Shown here: positions 1 through 8,376 of the stretch, piece after piece
How positions within the stretch are numbered: the stretch's first letter is position 1
Layout of the letters: each line of letters begins with the position of its first letter
NCBI RefSeq assembly: GCF_017876815.1
Contig: NZ_JAGIOS010000002.1
Coordinates: 360,001 to 392,000, forward strand
DNA: 32,000 nucleotides
DNA from: Sinorhizobium meliloti
GTDB taxonomy: Bacteria; Pseudomonadota; Alphaproteobacteria; Rhizobiales; Rhizobiaceae
Direction: 5' to 3'
Translations under genes and position numbers: made by a program
Notes under the pieces: generated by a model
The model's database searches: none
Seen by the model: only the letters and a program-made list of their open reading frames with translations
What the model was told of the DNA's origin: nothing

Positions 1-85
1 CGCACAAAGGTCGCGGACGGCAGCACGCGCAGAGCGCGGGCTCCATATATTTCCATGGATATGGGTCAGGGCGTGTGTTTTCTTC

Positions 86-116
86 CCTCACTCCTGCGCT
101 TGTCACAGGAATGAGG
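86..116. repeat. REP-like imperfect palindrome downstream of glpK
   Basis: CCTCACTCCTG (86-96) pairs with CAGGAATGAGG (106-116) with one mismatch. It belongs to the same CTGYG..CACAG / GATGAGG hairpin family as 6886-6916, 6977-6999, 25585-25607 and 25671-25693. It lies 56 nt past the glpK stop on the minus strand, so it may also act as a terminator. Confidence 0.5.
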
Positions 117-171
117 ATCGTTGGGAAGGCTTCTGCCGCAGCGCTGAAGCGCAACGTGGAAGGTTCAACAC

Positions 172-1665
172 TCAGGCAGCAATCAACGTCCGCTTGACTG
201 CGCTGCGCCAGCCCTTGAGCTTCACCTTGCGCGTGGCCTCGTCCATATGCGGCTCGAAGCGGCGGTCGCGGGCCCAGGACTTGGCGAACGCCTCCTGGTT
301 TGGCCAGACGCCGGCGCGGCTGCCTGCAAGCCACGCGACGCCGAGCGCGGTGGTTTCGAGAATGACCGGTCGGTCGACCGGAGCGTCGAGCAGGTCCGAC
401 AGGCGCTGCATCGTCCAGTCGGAGGCGACCATGCCGCCATCGACGCGCAGGACCGTATCATTGCCGTTACGGCGCCAATCCTTGTGCATGGCCTCCAGCA
501 GGTCGCGGGTCTGGTAGCAGACGGCCTCGAGTGCCGCCCGTGCGAACTCTGCCGGGCCGGTATTGCGCGTCATGCCGAAGATCGCGCCCCGCGCATCCGG
601 ATCCCAATGGGGCGCTCCGAGGCCGGTGAAGGCCGGCACCAGATAGACCTCCTGCGAGGGATCGGCGCTCTCGGCAAGCGAGCCCGTATCGGGCGCCGCC
701 TTGATCACCTTGAGCCCGTCGCGCAGCCATTGCACGGCAGCACCGGCTACGAAGATCGAGCCTTCGAGCGCATAGGTCGTTTCACCGTCGAGGCGGTAGG
801 CGATGGTGGTCAGAAGGCGGTTCTTCGAGCGGACCATGTCCTTGCCGGTGTTGAGCAAAGCGAAGCAGCCCGTACCGTAGGTCGATTTCAGCATGCCCGG
901 CTTGAAACAGGCCTGACCGATCGTTGCCGCCTGCTGGTCGCCGGCAACGCCGAGGATCGGGATCGCCGCGCCGAAGAGAGACGGATCCGTGACGCCGAAG
1001 TCGGCCGCGCAGTCCTTCACTTCCGGCAGCATCTCCTTCGGCACGCGCAGGATCTCGGTGAGCTCGTCGTCCCAGGCATTCTCGGCGATATTGTATAGGA
1101 GGGTACGCGAGGCATTCGTCGCGTCGGTGCAGAAGCACTTGCCGCCCGTCAGCCGCCAGATTAGGAAGGTGTCGATGGTGCCGAAGCAGAGTTCCCCTTT
1201 GGCTGCGCGCGCCTGCGCGCCCTTCACATTGGAAAGCAGCCATGTGAGCTTCGTTCCCGAAAAATAGGGATCGAGCAGCAGACCGGTCTTCTTCACGAAG
1301 GTCTTTTCCAGTCCCTTCTTCTTGAGCTTGTCGCAGAAGGCGGCAGTGCGGCGGTCCTGCCAGACGATGGCATTGTGGATCGGCTTGCCGGTCTCGCGAT
1401 CCCAGACGACAACCGTCTCCCGCTGGTTGGTGATGCCGATCGCGGCAATATCGTTCGCGGTGATGCCGGACTTCTCGATCGCTTCCTTGACCGTGCTGAC
1501 GACCGTCTGCCAGATCTCCTCCGGATCGTGCTCCACCCAGCCTGACTTCGGAAAGTGCTGCTTGAACTCTTTCTGCCCGACGCCCGCGATTTTCTGGTTG
1601 CCGTCGAAAACGATCGCGCGCGTGGACGTCGTGCCCTGATCGATCGCGAGAATATATCCGCCCAT
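172..1665 (-). CDS. glpK: Glycerol kinase (FGGY family)
   Basis: Track ORF 172..1770. Classic GlpK motifs: [54 protein letters not shown]. Start moved to ATG 1665, which has GAGGAGG 5 nt upstream. The 35 upstream codons are Arg/Ser-rich and look non-coding. Confidence 0.93.
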   Translation of the reverse strand: MGGYILAIDQGTTSTRAIVFDGNQKIAGVGQKEFKQHFPKSGWVEHDPEEIWQTVVSTVKEAIEKSGITANDIAAIGITNQRETVVVWDRETGKPIHNAIVWQDRRTAAFCDKLKKKGLEKTFVKKTGLLLDPYFSGTKLTWLLSNVKGAQARAAKGELCFGTIDTFLIWRLTGGKCFCTDATNASRTLLYNIAENAWDDELTEILRVPKEMLPEVKDCAADFGVTDPSLFGAAIPILGVAGDQQAATIGQACFKPGMLKSTYGTGCFALLNTGKDMVRSKNRLLTTIAYRLDGETTYALEGSIFVAGAAVQWLRDGLKVIKAAPDTGSLAESADPSQEVYLVPAFTGLGAPHWDPDARGAIFGMTRNTGPAEFARAALEAVCYQTRDLLEAMHKDWRRNGNDTVLRVDGGMVASDWTMQRLSDLLDAPVDRPVILETTALGVAWLAGSRAGVWPNQEAFAKSWARDRRFEPHMDEATRKVKLKGWRSAVKRTLIAA

Positions 1666-1772
1666 ATGCCCCTCCTCGGCACGCGATTGAAAGGACCGAC
1701 CGGAATGCGAGCGGAAGCCCGCATACGCTTTCCTCACTCCGCCCCTCTCGCCCTTCCTCGAGGGCGACATTC

Positions 1773-1822
1773 GAACGACTTCAATACGATAGAAAAACGA
1801 ATGTCAAACGAAAACAAAACGC
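1773..1822. promoter_or_regulatory. Five 11-bp-phased (A)ACGA motifs in the glpK/bdhA divergent intergenic region (candidate operator array)
   Basis: ACG cores at 1775, 1786, 1797, 1808 and 1819 (gAACGAc, atACGAt, aaACGAa, aaACGAa, aaACGc), exactly one helical turn apart. This is the A-rich part of the 299-bp gap between the glpK start (1665) and the bdhA start (1965). Confidence 0.3.
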
Positions 1823-1964
1823 AACTTTTGCCAAGTGCTCCCGCGGACACGGACTCTGCTTTGCCGGGCGGAAAAACACAATTGTCACTGGCGCGCATTT
1901 GCGCGTAGGCTGACGCTGTTGCGTCGCAAAAGACCTGTGCGGCATCAGGACGGAGAGAGCGGGA

Positions 1965-2741
1965 ATGACCAAGACTGCGGTGATAACGGGTTCCACAAGC
2001 GGCATCGGATTGGCGATCTCCCGGACCCTGGCGAAGACCGGTGCCAATATCGTCCTGAACGGCTTCGGTGCGCCGGACGAGATCAGGACCGTCACGGACG
2101 AAGTCGCAGGCCTGAGCTCCGGTACGGTGCTTCATCACCCGGCCGACATGACCAAGCCCTCCGAAATCGCCGACATGATGGCGATGGTTGCCGATCGCTT
2201 CGGCGGCGCCGATATCCTCGTCAACAATGCCGGCGTGCAGTTCGTTGAAAAGATCGAGGATTTTCCGGTCGAGCAATGGGACCGGATCATCGCCGTCAAT
2301 CTCTCCTCCTCCTTTCACACCATTCGTGGCGCCATTCCGCCGATGAAGAAGAAGGGCTGGGGCCGGATCATCAATATCGCGTCCGCTCATGGCCTCGTGG
2401 CCTCCCCCTTCAAGTCCGCCTATGTCGCCGCCAAGCATGGTATCATGGGGTTGACGAAGACCGTGGCGCTGGAGGTGGCGGAGAGCGGTGTCACCGTGAA
2501 CTCGATCTGCCCCGGCTACGTTCTGACGCCGCTCGTCGAAAAGCAGATACCGGATCAGGCGAGAACGCGCGGCATCACCGAGGAACAGGTGATCAACGAG
2601 GTGATGCTCAAGGGACAGCCGACGAAAAAGTTCATCACCGTCGAACAGGTTGCCTCCCTGGCGCTCTATCTTGCAGGCGACGATGCCGCCCAGATCACCG
2701 GGACGCATGTCTCGATGGATGGCGGCTGGACGGCGCAGTAG
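1965..2741 (+). CDS. bdhA: D-3-hydroxybutyrate dehydrogenase (classical SDR)
   Basis: 258 aa. TGSTSGIG cofactor loop, NNAG, catalytic S...YxxxK (SAYVAAKHG), ending GGWTAQ as I recall for rhizobial BdhA. GGAGAG RBS before ATG 1965. xdhA follows after only 43 nt. Confidence 0.88.
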   Translation: MTKTAVITGSTSGIGLAISRTLAKTGANIVLNGFGAPDEIRTVTDEVAGLSSGTVLHHPADMTKPSEIADMMAMVADRFGGADILVNNAGVQFVEKIEDFPVEQWDRIIAVNLSSSFHTIRGAIPPMKKKGWGRIINIASAHGLVASPFKSAYVAAKHGIMGLTKTVALEVAESGVTVNSICPGYVLTPLVEKQIPDQARTRGITEEQVINEVMLKGQPTKKFITVEQVASLALYLAGDDAAQITGTHVSMDGGWTAQ

Positions 2742-2784
2742 CCGACGACTGAGGGAAAAGCCGGTTGAGGGACAAGGAAGTGGC

Positions 2785-4272
2785 ATGGCACAGGCATCCG
2801 ACAGCATCCGCTTCATCCTGAACGACTCCGAGATCGTCCTTTCCGACGTCGCGCCGACGTCGACGCTGCTCGATTTCCTGAGGCTGGAGCGCCGCCTCAC
2901 CGGCACCAAGGAAGGCTGCGCGGAAGGCGACTGCGGCGCCTGCACGGTGCTCGTGGGCCGGCTCGCCGAGGATGCCAGCGGAGCGAAAAAACTCGTCTAT
3001 GAAAGCGTCAACGCCTGCATCCGCTTCACAGGCTCGCTGAATGCCACGCATGTGGTGACGGTCGAGCACCTGGCTGCAGCAGACGGCACATTGCATCCGG
3101 TGCAGCAGGCACTGGTGGATTTTCACGGCTCCCAATGCGGCTTCTGCACTCCGGGGATCGTGATGTCGCTTTACGGGCTCTGGCTTGCCGATGAAAAACC
3201 GAGCCGCGCGGCGATAGAAAAGGCGCTGCAGGGCAATCTCTGTCGCTGCACCGGCTACGAACCGATCGTGCGCGCGGCGGAGGCTGCGGCCGCGGAGCGC
3301 CCGGCCGCTCTCTTCGACCCGGTCACCCGCACGCGGGAAGCGGTTACGGCGCGCCTTCATGCGATGGGGCAGACGGAGACGATCGTTGTCTGCAGCGGCG
3401 CTGACTGTCTGATCGTACCCGTCGACGCTGCGGACCTGGCGGGTGTTCTCGCTGATCATCCAGGCGCGACGATCGTCGCCGGCTGCACCGATGTCGGGCT
3501 CTGGGTGACGAAGCAGATGCGCTCGCTCAATCCGGTGGTCTTCATCAATGGCATTGCCGAACTGCAGCGGATCGAAAGCTCGACAGCCGGCCTGACGATC
3601 GGTGCAGGCGTGAGCTATACGGCGGCGCACGAGGCCCTGTCTTCAGCCTATCCGTCATTCGGCCGGCTGCTCGACCGCATCGGCGGCGACCAGGTGCGCA
3701 ACATGGGCACGATCGGCGGCAATATCGCCAATGGCTCTCCGATCGGCGACAGCCCGCCGCCCCTGATCGTTCTCGGCGCGACGGTTACCCTGCGCTCGAA
3801 GGACGGCCAGCGGACGCTGCCGCTCGAGGACTTCTTCATCGCCTATGGCAAGCAGGATCGCAGGCCCGGTGAATTCGTCGAGAGCCTCTTCGTCCCGGCT
3901 CTGCCCGCGGACGAGCGCTTTGCCGCCTACAAGATCTCGAAGCGCCGCGACGAGGACATTTCCGCCCTGCTTGGCGCCTTCCGCATCTCGCTCGACGGCG
4001 ACCGGGTGAAAACCGCACGGATAGCCTTCGGCGGTATGGCGGCAACTCCGAGGCGGGCGAAGACCGTTGAAGCAGCGCTGATCGGTCAGCCCTGGACGGA
4101 GGAGACGGTCCGTACTGCGCAGACCGCCTTCGAGACCGACTATCAGCCGATCACCGACTGGCGGGCCACCGGTGCCTATCGCATGCTTGCGGCAAAAAAC
4201 CTGCTGATGCGCTTCTTCCTCGAGAGCATCGGAGAGACGGTCCGGTTGCAGCGGTTCGAGGAAGTGGCATGA
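2785..4272 (+). CDS. xdhA: Xanthine dehydrogenase small subunit ([2Fe-2S] + FAD-binding)
   Basis: Track ORF 2650..4272 trimmed to ATG 2785 (AAGGAAG at 2774-2780). Iron-sulfur motifs CAEGDCGACTV, CGFCTPG and NLCRCTGY, followed by a CO-dehydrogenase-flavoprotein-like FAD domain. Confidence 0.92.
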   Translation: MAQASDSIRFILNDSEIVLSDVAPTSTLLDFLRLERRLTGTKEGCAEGDCGACTVLVGRLAEDASGAKKLVYESVNACIRFTGSLNATHVVTVEHLAAADGTLHPVQQALVDFHGSQCGFCTPGIVMSLYGLWLADEKPSRAAIEKALQGNLCRCTGYEPIVRAAEAAAAERPAALFDPVTRTREAVTARLHAMGQTETIVVCSGADCLIVPVDAADLAGVLADHPGATIVAGCTDVGLWVTKQMRSLNPVVFINGIAELQRIESSTAGLTIGAGVSYTAAHEALSSAYPSFGRLLDRIGGDQVRNMGTIGGNIANGSPIGDSPPPLIVLGATVTLRSKDGQRTLPLEDFFIAYGKQDRRPGEFVESLFVPALPADERFAAYKISKRRDEDISALLGAFRISLDGDRVKTARIAFGGMAATPRRAKTVEAALIGQPWTEETVRTAQTAFETDYQPITDWRATGAYRMLAAKNLLMRFFLESIGETVRLQRFEEVA

Positions 4273-4482
4273 GCGCCTGTCGCGATATTGGCGGATGGGA
4301 ATTGCCCCTGACCGGTTGGATTGCGGGGAGAGGGGACGAGTACGCCGCTTCCTTCCTCCCAGTCGACGAACGGGCTCGCAGAGAGGACGAGCGCGCACCG
4401 CTTATCCCTTCGCCCCGCCTGCAGGGAAAAGGTGCCGGCAGGCGGATGAGGGGCTCCTCATCCTTCGTCAGGAGGCCCCGGC
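4273..4482. repeat. 210-bp repeat-like insertion between xdhA and xdhB with two adjacent GC-rich hairpins
   Basis: Hairpin CCGCCTGC(4415-4422)/GCAGGCGG(4438-4445) and perfect hairpin GGATGAGG-GGCT-CCTCATCC (4444-4463). Its translation (..APLIPSPRLQGKGAGRRMRG..) is the kind of pseudo-peptide produced by common rhizobial intergenic repeats. It shares the GGATGAGG motif with the other repeat loci in this window. Confidence 0.6.
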
Positions 4483-6816
4483 ATGGATAAATCCACCCTC
4501 GAAGTCAGCACCATCACCGGACCGATGCACGCACCGCTCCGTCACGACAGCGCCCACAAGCATGTGGCGGGTACCGCCGATTATATCGATGACATGCCGG
4601 AACCCGCCGGCACCCTGCATGGCGCGCTCGGCCTCACGAACCGGGCGCATGCGGAAATCCTGGAGATGGACCTCGCCGCCGTCGCCGCAGTGCCCGGCGT
4701 CGTCTGCGTGCTCACGGCAAGGGACATGCCGCATTCCAACGACATCAGCCCCACCCATCTGCACGACGAGCCGGTGCTTGCCGACGGGCGCGTGGAGTTC
4801 CATGGCCAGCCGGCCTTCGCGGTCATCGCCGAAACGCGCGACGTCGCCCGCCGCGCCGCGCGGCTCGCCAGGATAACCTATCGTGACTTCCTGCCGGCGA
4901 TCGATGTCGTCGATGCTGTGGCAACCGGCGGCGAGCTGGTGACCCCGCCGCTGACACTCGAGCGCGGCGACGCCGAAGGCGAGCTCGAGCGGGCGCCCCG
5001 CCGCATCCAGGGGCACATGCGAATCGGTGGCCAGGAGCACTTCTATCTGGAAGGCCATATCGCGCTCGCGATTCCCGGCGAGGATGACGAAATGACCGTC
5101 TGGGTATCGACGCAGCATCCGAGCGAAGTCCAGCGTATGGTCGCGCAGGTGCTCGGCGTTCCCTCCAACGCCATCACGGTGAATGTCCGCCGCATGGGCG
5201 GCGGCTTCGGCGGCAAGGAAACGCAGGGCAACCAGTTTGCGGCACTCGCCGCCGTCGCCGCGCGCAAGCTTCGCCGCGCCGTCAAGTTCCGCCCGGACCG
5301 GGACGACGACATGATCGCCACCGGCAAGCGGCACGATTTCCTGGTAAATTACGATGTCGGCTTCGACGAGGAGGGACGCATCCGGGCGGTCCAGGCGAAT
5401 TATGCCGCGCGATGCGGTTTCTCCGCCGATCTCTCCGGCCCGGTCACCGACCGCGCCCTTTTCCATGCGGACAATGCCTACTTCTATCCGCATGTGAAGC
5501 TCACCTCGCAACCGCTTAAGACCAATACGGTTTCCAACACCGCCTTTCGCGGCTTCGGCGGGCCGCAGGGCATGCTCGGCGGCGAGCGGATCATCGAGGA
5601 GATCGCTTACGCGCTCGGGAAGGACCCGCTCGAAATCCGCAAGCTGAACTTCTATGGCGACCCGCATTCCGGCCGCAACGTCACGCCCTATCACCAGAAG
5701 ATCGAAGACAACATCATCCGCCGGATCGTCGATGAGCTGGAAGCGAGCGCCGATTATCAGGCGCGCCGGGCGGCGATTATCGAATTCAACAGATCGAGCC
5801 GGGTTATCCGCAAGGGGATTGCATTGACGCCGGTGAAATTCGGCATCTCCTTCACCCTCACACATCTGAACCAGGCCGGCGCCCTCGTCCACATCTACAC
5901 GGACGGCTCGGTTCACCTCAACCACGGCGGCACCGAGATGGGCCAGGGCGTCTATACGAAAGTGGCGCAGGTCCTTGCAGACAGTTTCCAGATCGACATC
6001 GACCGGGTGAAAATAACCGCGACGACGACCGGCAAGGTGCCGAATACGTCTGCGACAGCCGCCTCCTCCGGCTCCGACCTCAACGGCATGGCCGCCTTCG
6101 ATGCCGCGCGTCAGATCAAGGAGCGGCTCGTCGCCTTTGCGGCCGAGCGTTGGCAGACGACGGCCGAAAACGTCACCTTCGTGGCCAATCATGTCCGTAT
6201 CGGCGACGAGCTCGTTCCCTTTGCGCAGTTCGTGCAGGAGGCCTACGGTGCACGTGTCCAGCTCTCCGCCGCCGGCTTCTATGCAACGCCTGGCATCCAC
6301 TGGGACCGGGCGGCCGGCCGCGGCACGCCCTTCTACTACTTTGCCTATGGCGCGGCCGTTTCCGAGGTCTCGATCGATACGCTGACAGGCGAATACCTGG
6401 TCGATCGCGTCGACGTGCTGCACGACGTCGGCCGTTCCCTCAACCCGGCGATCGATCTCGGCCAGATCGAGGGCGGCTTCGTTCAGGGCATGGGCTGGCT
6501 CACGACGGAAGAGCTCTGGTGGGATGAGAAGGGGCGCCTGAGGACGCATGCGCCCTCGACCTACAAGATACCCCTTGCCTCGGATCGGCCGAAGATCTTC
6601 AACGTGCGCCTGGCCGAATGGTCGGAAAACGCCGAAGAGACGATCGGCAGATCGAAGGCCGTGGGAGAGCCGCCCCTCATGCTGCCGATTTCGGTGGTCG
6701 AGGCCCTGTCGATGGCCGTCGCCAGCGTCGCCGGCTATCGCGAGTGCCCCCGGCTCGATACCCCGGCAACGCCCGAACGTGTCCTGATGGCGGTGGAACG
6801 GCTTAGAGCTGGATGA
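4483..6816 (+). CDS. xdhB: Xanthine dehydrogenase large, molybdopterin-binding subunit
   Basis: 777 aa. Motifs GGGFGGKETQ, FRGFGGPQG, GTEMGQG and SKAVGEPP of the xanthine/aldehyde oxidase Mo-cofactor family. AGGAGG RBS at 4470-4475. Confidence 0.95.
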   Translation: MDKSTLEVSTITGPMHAPLRHDSAHKHVAGTADYIDDMPEPAGTLHGALGLTNRAHAEILEMDLAAVAAVPGVVCVLTARDMPHSNDISPTHLHDEPVLADGRVEFHGQPAFAVIAETRDVARRAARLARITYRDFLPAIDVVDAVATGGELVTPPLTLERGDAEGELERAPRRIQGHMRIGGQEHFYLEGHIALAIPGEDDEMTVWVSTQHPSEVQRMVAQVLGVPSNAITVNVRRMGGGFGGKETQGNQFAALAAVAARKLRRAVKFRPDRDDDMIATGKRHDFLVNYDVGFDEEGRIRAVQANYAARCGFSADLSGPVTDRALFHADNAYFYPHVKLTSQPLKTNTVSNTAFRGFGGPQGMLGGERIIEEIAYALGKDPLEIRKLNFYGDPHSGRNVTPYHQKIEDNIIRRIVDELEASADYQARRAAIIEFNRSSRVIRKGIALTPVKFGISFTLTHLNQAGALVHIYTDGSVHLNHGGTEMGQGVYTKVAQVLADSFQIDIDRVKITATTTGKVPNTSATAASSGSDLNGMAAFDAARQIKERLVAFAAERWQTTAENVTFVANHVRIGDELVPFAQFVQEAYGARVQLSAAGFYATPGIHWDRAAGRGTPFYYFAYGAAVSEVSIDTLTGEYLVDRVDVLHDVGRSLNPAIDLGQIEGGFVQGMGWLTTEELWWDEKGRLRTHAPSTYKIPLASDRPKIFNVRLAEWSENAEETIGRSKAVGEPPLMLPISVVEALSMAVASVAGYRECPRLDTPATPERVLMAVERLRAG

Positions 6817-7048
6817 GGAAAAGTGTGAGCGGTTTTCCGCCCGCATCCGGGCAAGAGCCCGTTGAGGACGGCAATCTCTCCTCACTCTCATCTCTGTGCT
6901 CGTCACGAAGATGAGAGCAGCGCTGCGTCTGCGGCGCGGGAGGAGTTCTTTTAGCCCAAGGACTTGGTCTGGCTGGATCCCTGTGACGAGCACAGGGATG
7001 AGGAGATCAAACAAGCCACGGCGGGTATCCCGAATCTCAATAGGCCTT
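6803..7048. repeat. Mosaic intergenic repeat block: A motif (6803-6848) plus a 172-bp two-hairpin unit (6877-7048)
   Basis: A motif TTAGAGCTGGATGAGGAAAAGTGTGAGCGGTTTTCCGCCCGCATCC recurs at 25741-25786. Unit 6877-7048 recurs at 25572-25742, with a 65-nt identical core (6953-7017 = 25647-25711). Hairpins at 6886-6916 (imperfect) and ATCCCTGTG-ACGAG-CACAGGGAT at 6977-6999 (perfect). Confidence 0.85.
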
Positions 7049-7082
7049 GAACTGTAGCGAACGGCTCGAATGAACAGCCTCT

Positions 7083-7286
7083 CTACCGCAGCATGTCGTC
7101 GTCCTGCCGGGCCATGCGGCCGTCGAGTAACCCCAAGTCCTTTTTCATGTATTCGGATGTGGATTCAAGGTCGAGGCTTAAGCTCCGGCCTCTTATGCGG
7201 CGCAGCGCCGAAGCGGCAAACCGGATGATCCCGTTCACTGGGAGAATCGGTTTTCTTTCAGTATATTCCAATGTATCGCAAGACAT
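7083..7286 (-). CDS. Small DUF1127-like protein (tentative)
   Basis: Track ORF 7083..7376 trimmed to the internal ATG at 7286 (67 aa). The C-terminal half, LRRIRGRSLSLDLESTSEYMKKDLGLLDGRMAR, resembles the R-x-R..L..LSD..LKDIGL.R pattern of DUF1127. It is divergent from a LysR gene, a common rhizobial pairing. Confidence 0.4.
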   Translation of the reverse strand: MSCDTLEYTERKPILPVNGIIRFAASALRRIRGRSLSLDLESTSEYMKKDLGLLDGRMARQDDDMLR

Positions 7287-7394
7287 CTGAGCACCCTTGG
7301 CAAGCGGTGAAGTTGACTTGCAGCATGCCCCGATAGATGCTCGGATTCCAATCGAACATCCGTCTGTATGCATCAAGAGAACTTATCCATGAAG

Positions 7395-8288
7395 ATGTCG
7401 AAGCAGTTCCCGCTGAATGCGCTGAGGGTCTTCGAAGCCGCAGCCCGGCTCGGCAGCTTCACCAAGGCCGGCAACGAGCTCGGCATGACCCAGACGGCCG
7501 TCAGCTACCAGATCAAACTCATCGAAGAGAGCGTCGGCGAGCCGCTGTTCCTGAGGCGTCCCCGCCAGATTGCACTGACCGAAGTCGGCCAACGTCTGGC
7601 GCCGAAGGTGACGGAAGCCTTCGAACTGATGCAGGAGGCGGTCGCCTCCGCGCGCGGCGATGCAGCGTCCACCCTGCTCATCAGTTCGACCGCGACCTTC
7701 GCCTCGCAATGGCTCGCCCGCCATATCGGCACGTTCCAACTCGCTCAGCCCAACATGGCCGTCCGGCTGTCGGCGAATGATGCAATGATCGATTTCAGCA
7801 TAGAGGCAGTGGACGTGGCAATCCGGTCCGGGTTGGGCGTTTGGCCGGGTCTCGTCAGCCATCGACTGATGAAAGTAGAATTTACGCCAATGCTCAGTCC
7901 CGCGCTCGCCTCGACGATCGGCGGCGTGAATGAACCGCGGGACCTCCTGAAGCTCCGCATCATCGACCCTCAAGACCGCTGGTGGCCGCTGTGGTTTCGC
8001 GCTGCCGGCGTCCGCGACGCGGACCTCGACGGCCGGGTTCCGACACGGCTCGGCGCCCAGTCCTTCGAGGCAGGCGCCGCAATCGCCGGGCAAGGCGTTG
8101 CGATCCTCACTCCTCAATTCTATACCGATGACGTCGCGCTCGGTCGGCTTTATCAACCCTTCGATTTGCGCGGCAGCGATGGCCACGACTATTGGCTGGT
8201 CTATCCGCATGCTCGACGCAACGTCCCGAAGATCCGCAATTTTCGCGACTGGATTCTTTCAGAGTTCAATCAGGATTGCGGCGCCTAA
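7395..8288 (+). CDS. LysR-family transcriptional regulator (GcvA/AmpR-like)
   Basis: wHTH LNALRVFEAAARLGSFTKAGNELGMTQTAVSYQIKLIEE followed by a LysR substrate-binding domain. The start could be 7368, 7389 or 7395. I chose 7395 by analogy with the usual MSK..LPxLNALR N-termini. Confidence 0.85.
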   Translation: MSKQFPLNALRVFEAAARLGSFTKAGNELGMTQTAVSYQIKLIEESVGEPLFLRRPRQIALTEVGQRLAPKVTEAFELMQEAVASARGDAASTLLISSTATFASQWLARHIGTFQLAQPNMAVRLSANDAMIDFSIEAVDVAIRSGLGVWPGLVSHRLMKVEFTPMLSPALASTIGGVNEPRDLLKLRIIDPQDRWWPLWFRAAGVRDADLDGRVPTRLGAQSFEAGAAIAGQGVAILTPQFYTDDVALGRLYQPFDLRGSDGHDYWLVYPHARRNVPKIRNFRDWILSEFNQDCGA

Positions 8289-8304
8289 GCCTGTAGCGTG
8301 GATT

Positions 8305-8337
8305 GCCGAGAACGCCCCTTTCCCGTTTCGGCTTTTT
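8305..8337 (+). terminator. Rho-independent terminator-like hairpin after the LysR gene
   Basis: GCCGAGAACG (8305-8314) pairs with CGTTTCGGC (8324-8332) with one bulge, followed by TTTTT (8333-8337). It lies only 40 nt upstream of the puuD start. Confidence 0.55.
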
Positions 8338-8376
8338 CTCGCAAGCTGCGTCAACGGAGAGAAAGAGGGGACCCGA

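Noticed and set aside
1-56. Possible gene start on the minus strand (ATG at 56-54, reading MEIYGARALRVLPSATFV.. out of the window)
   Set aside because: Only 18 codons are visible. An alternative ATG lies in another frame at 46-44. There is not enough sequence to call a gene.
1734-4398. Minus-strand ORFs 1734..2945, 2695..3630 and 3655..4398, plus many short plus/minus ORFs over bdhA and xdhA
   Set aside because: All are antisense or off-frame to genes with clear family signatures. They have the compositional look of high-GC shadow frames.
4468-7014. 848-aa minus-strand ORF covering all of xdhB
   Set aside because: This is a shadow ORF typical of high-GC DNA: Arg/Gly/Ala/Asp-rich with no recognisable motifs. 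The plus strand encodes an unambiguous XdhB. Its 5' end also runs through the intergenic repeat block.
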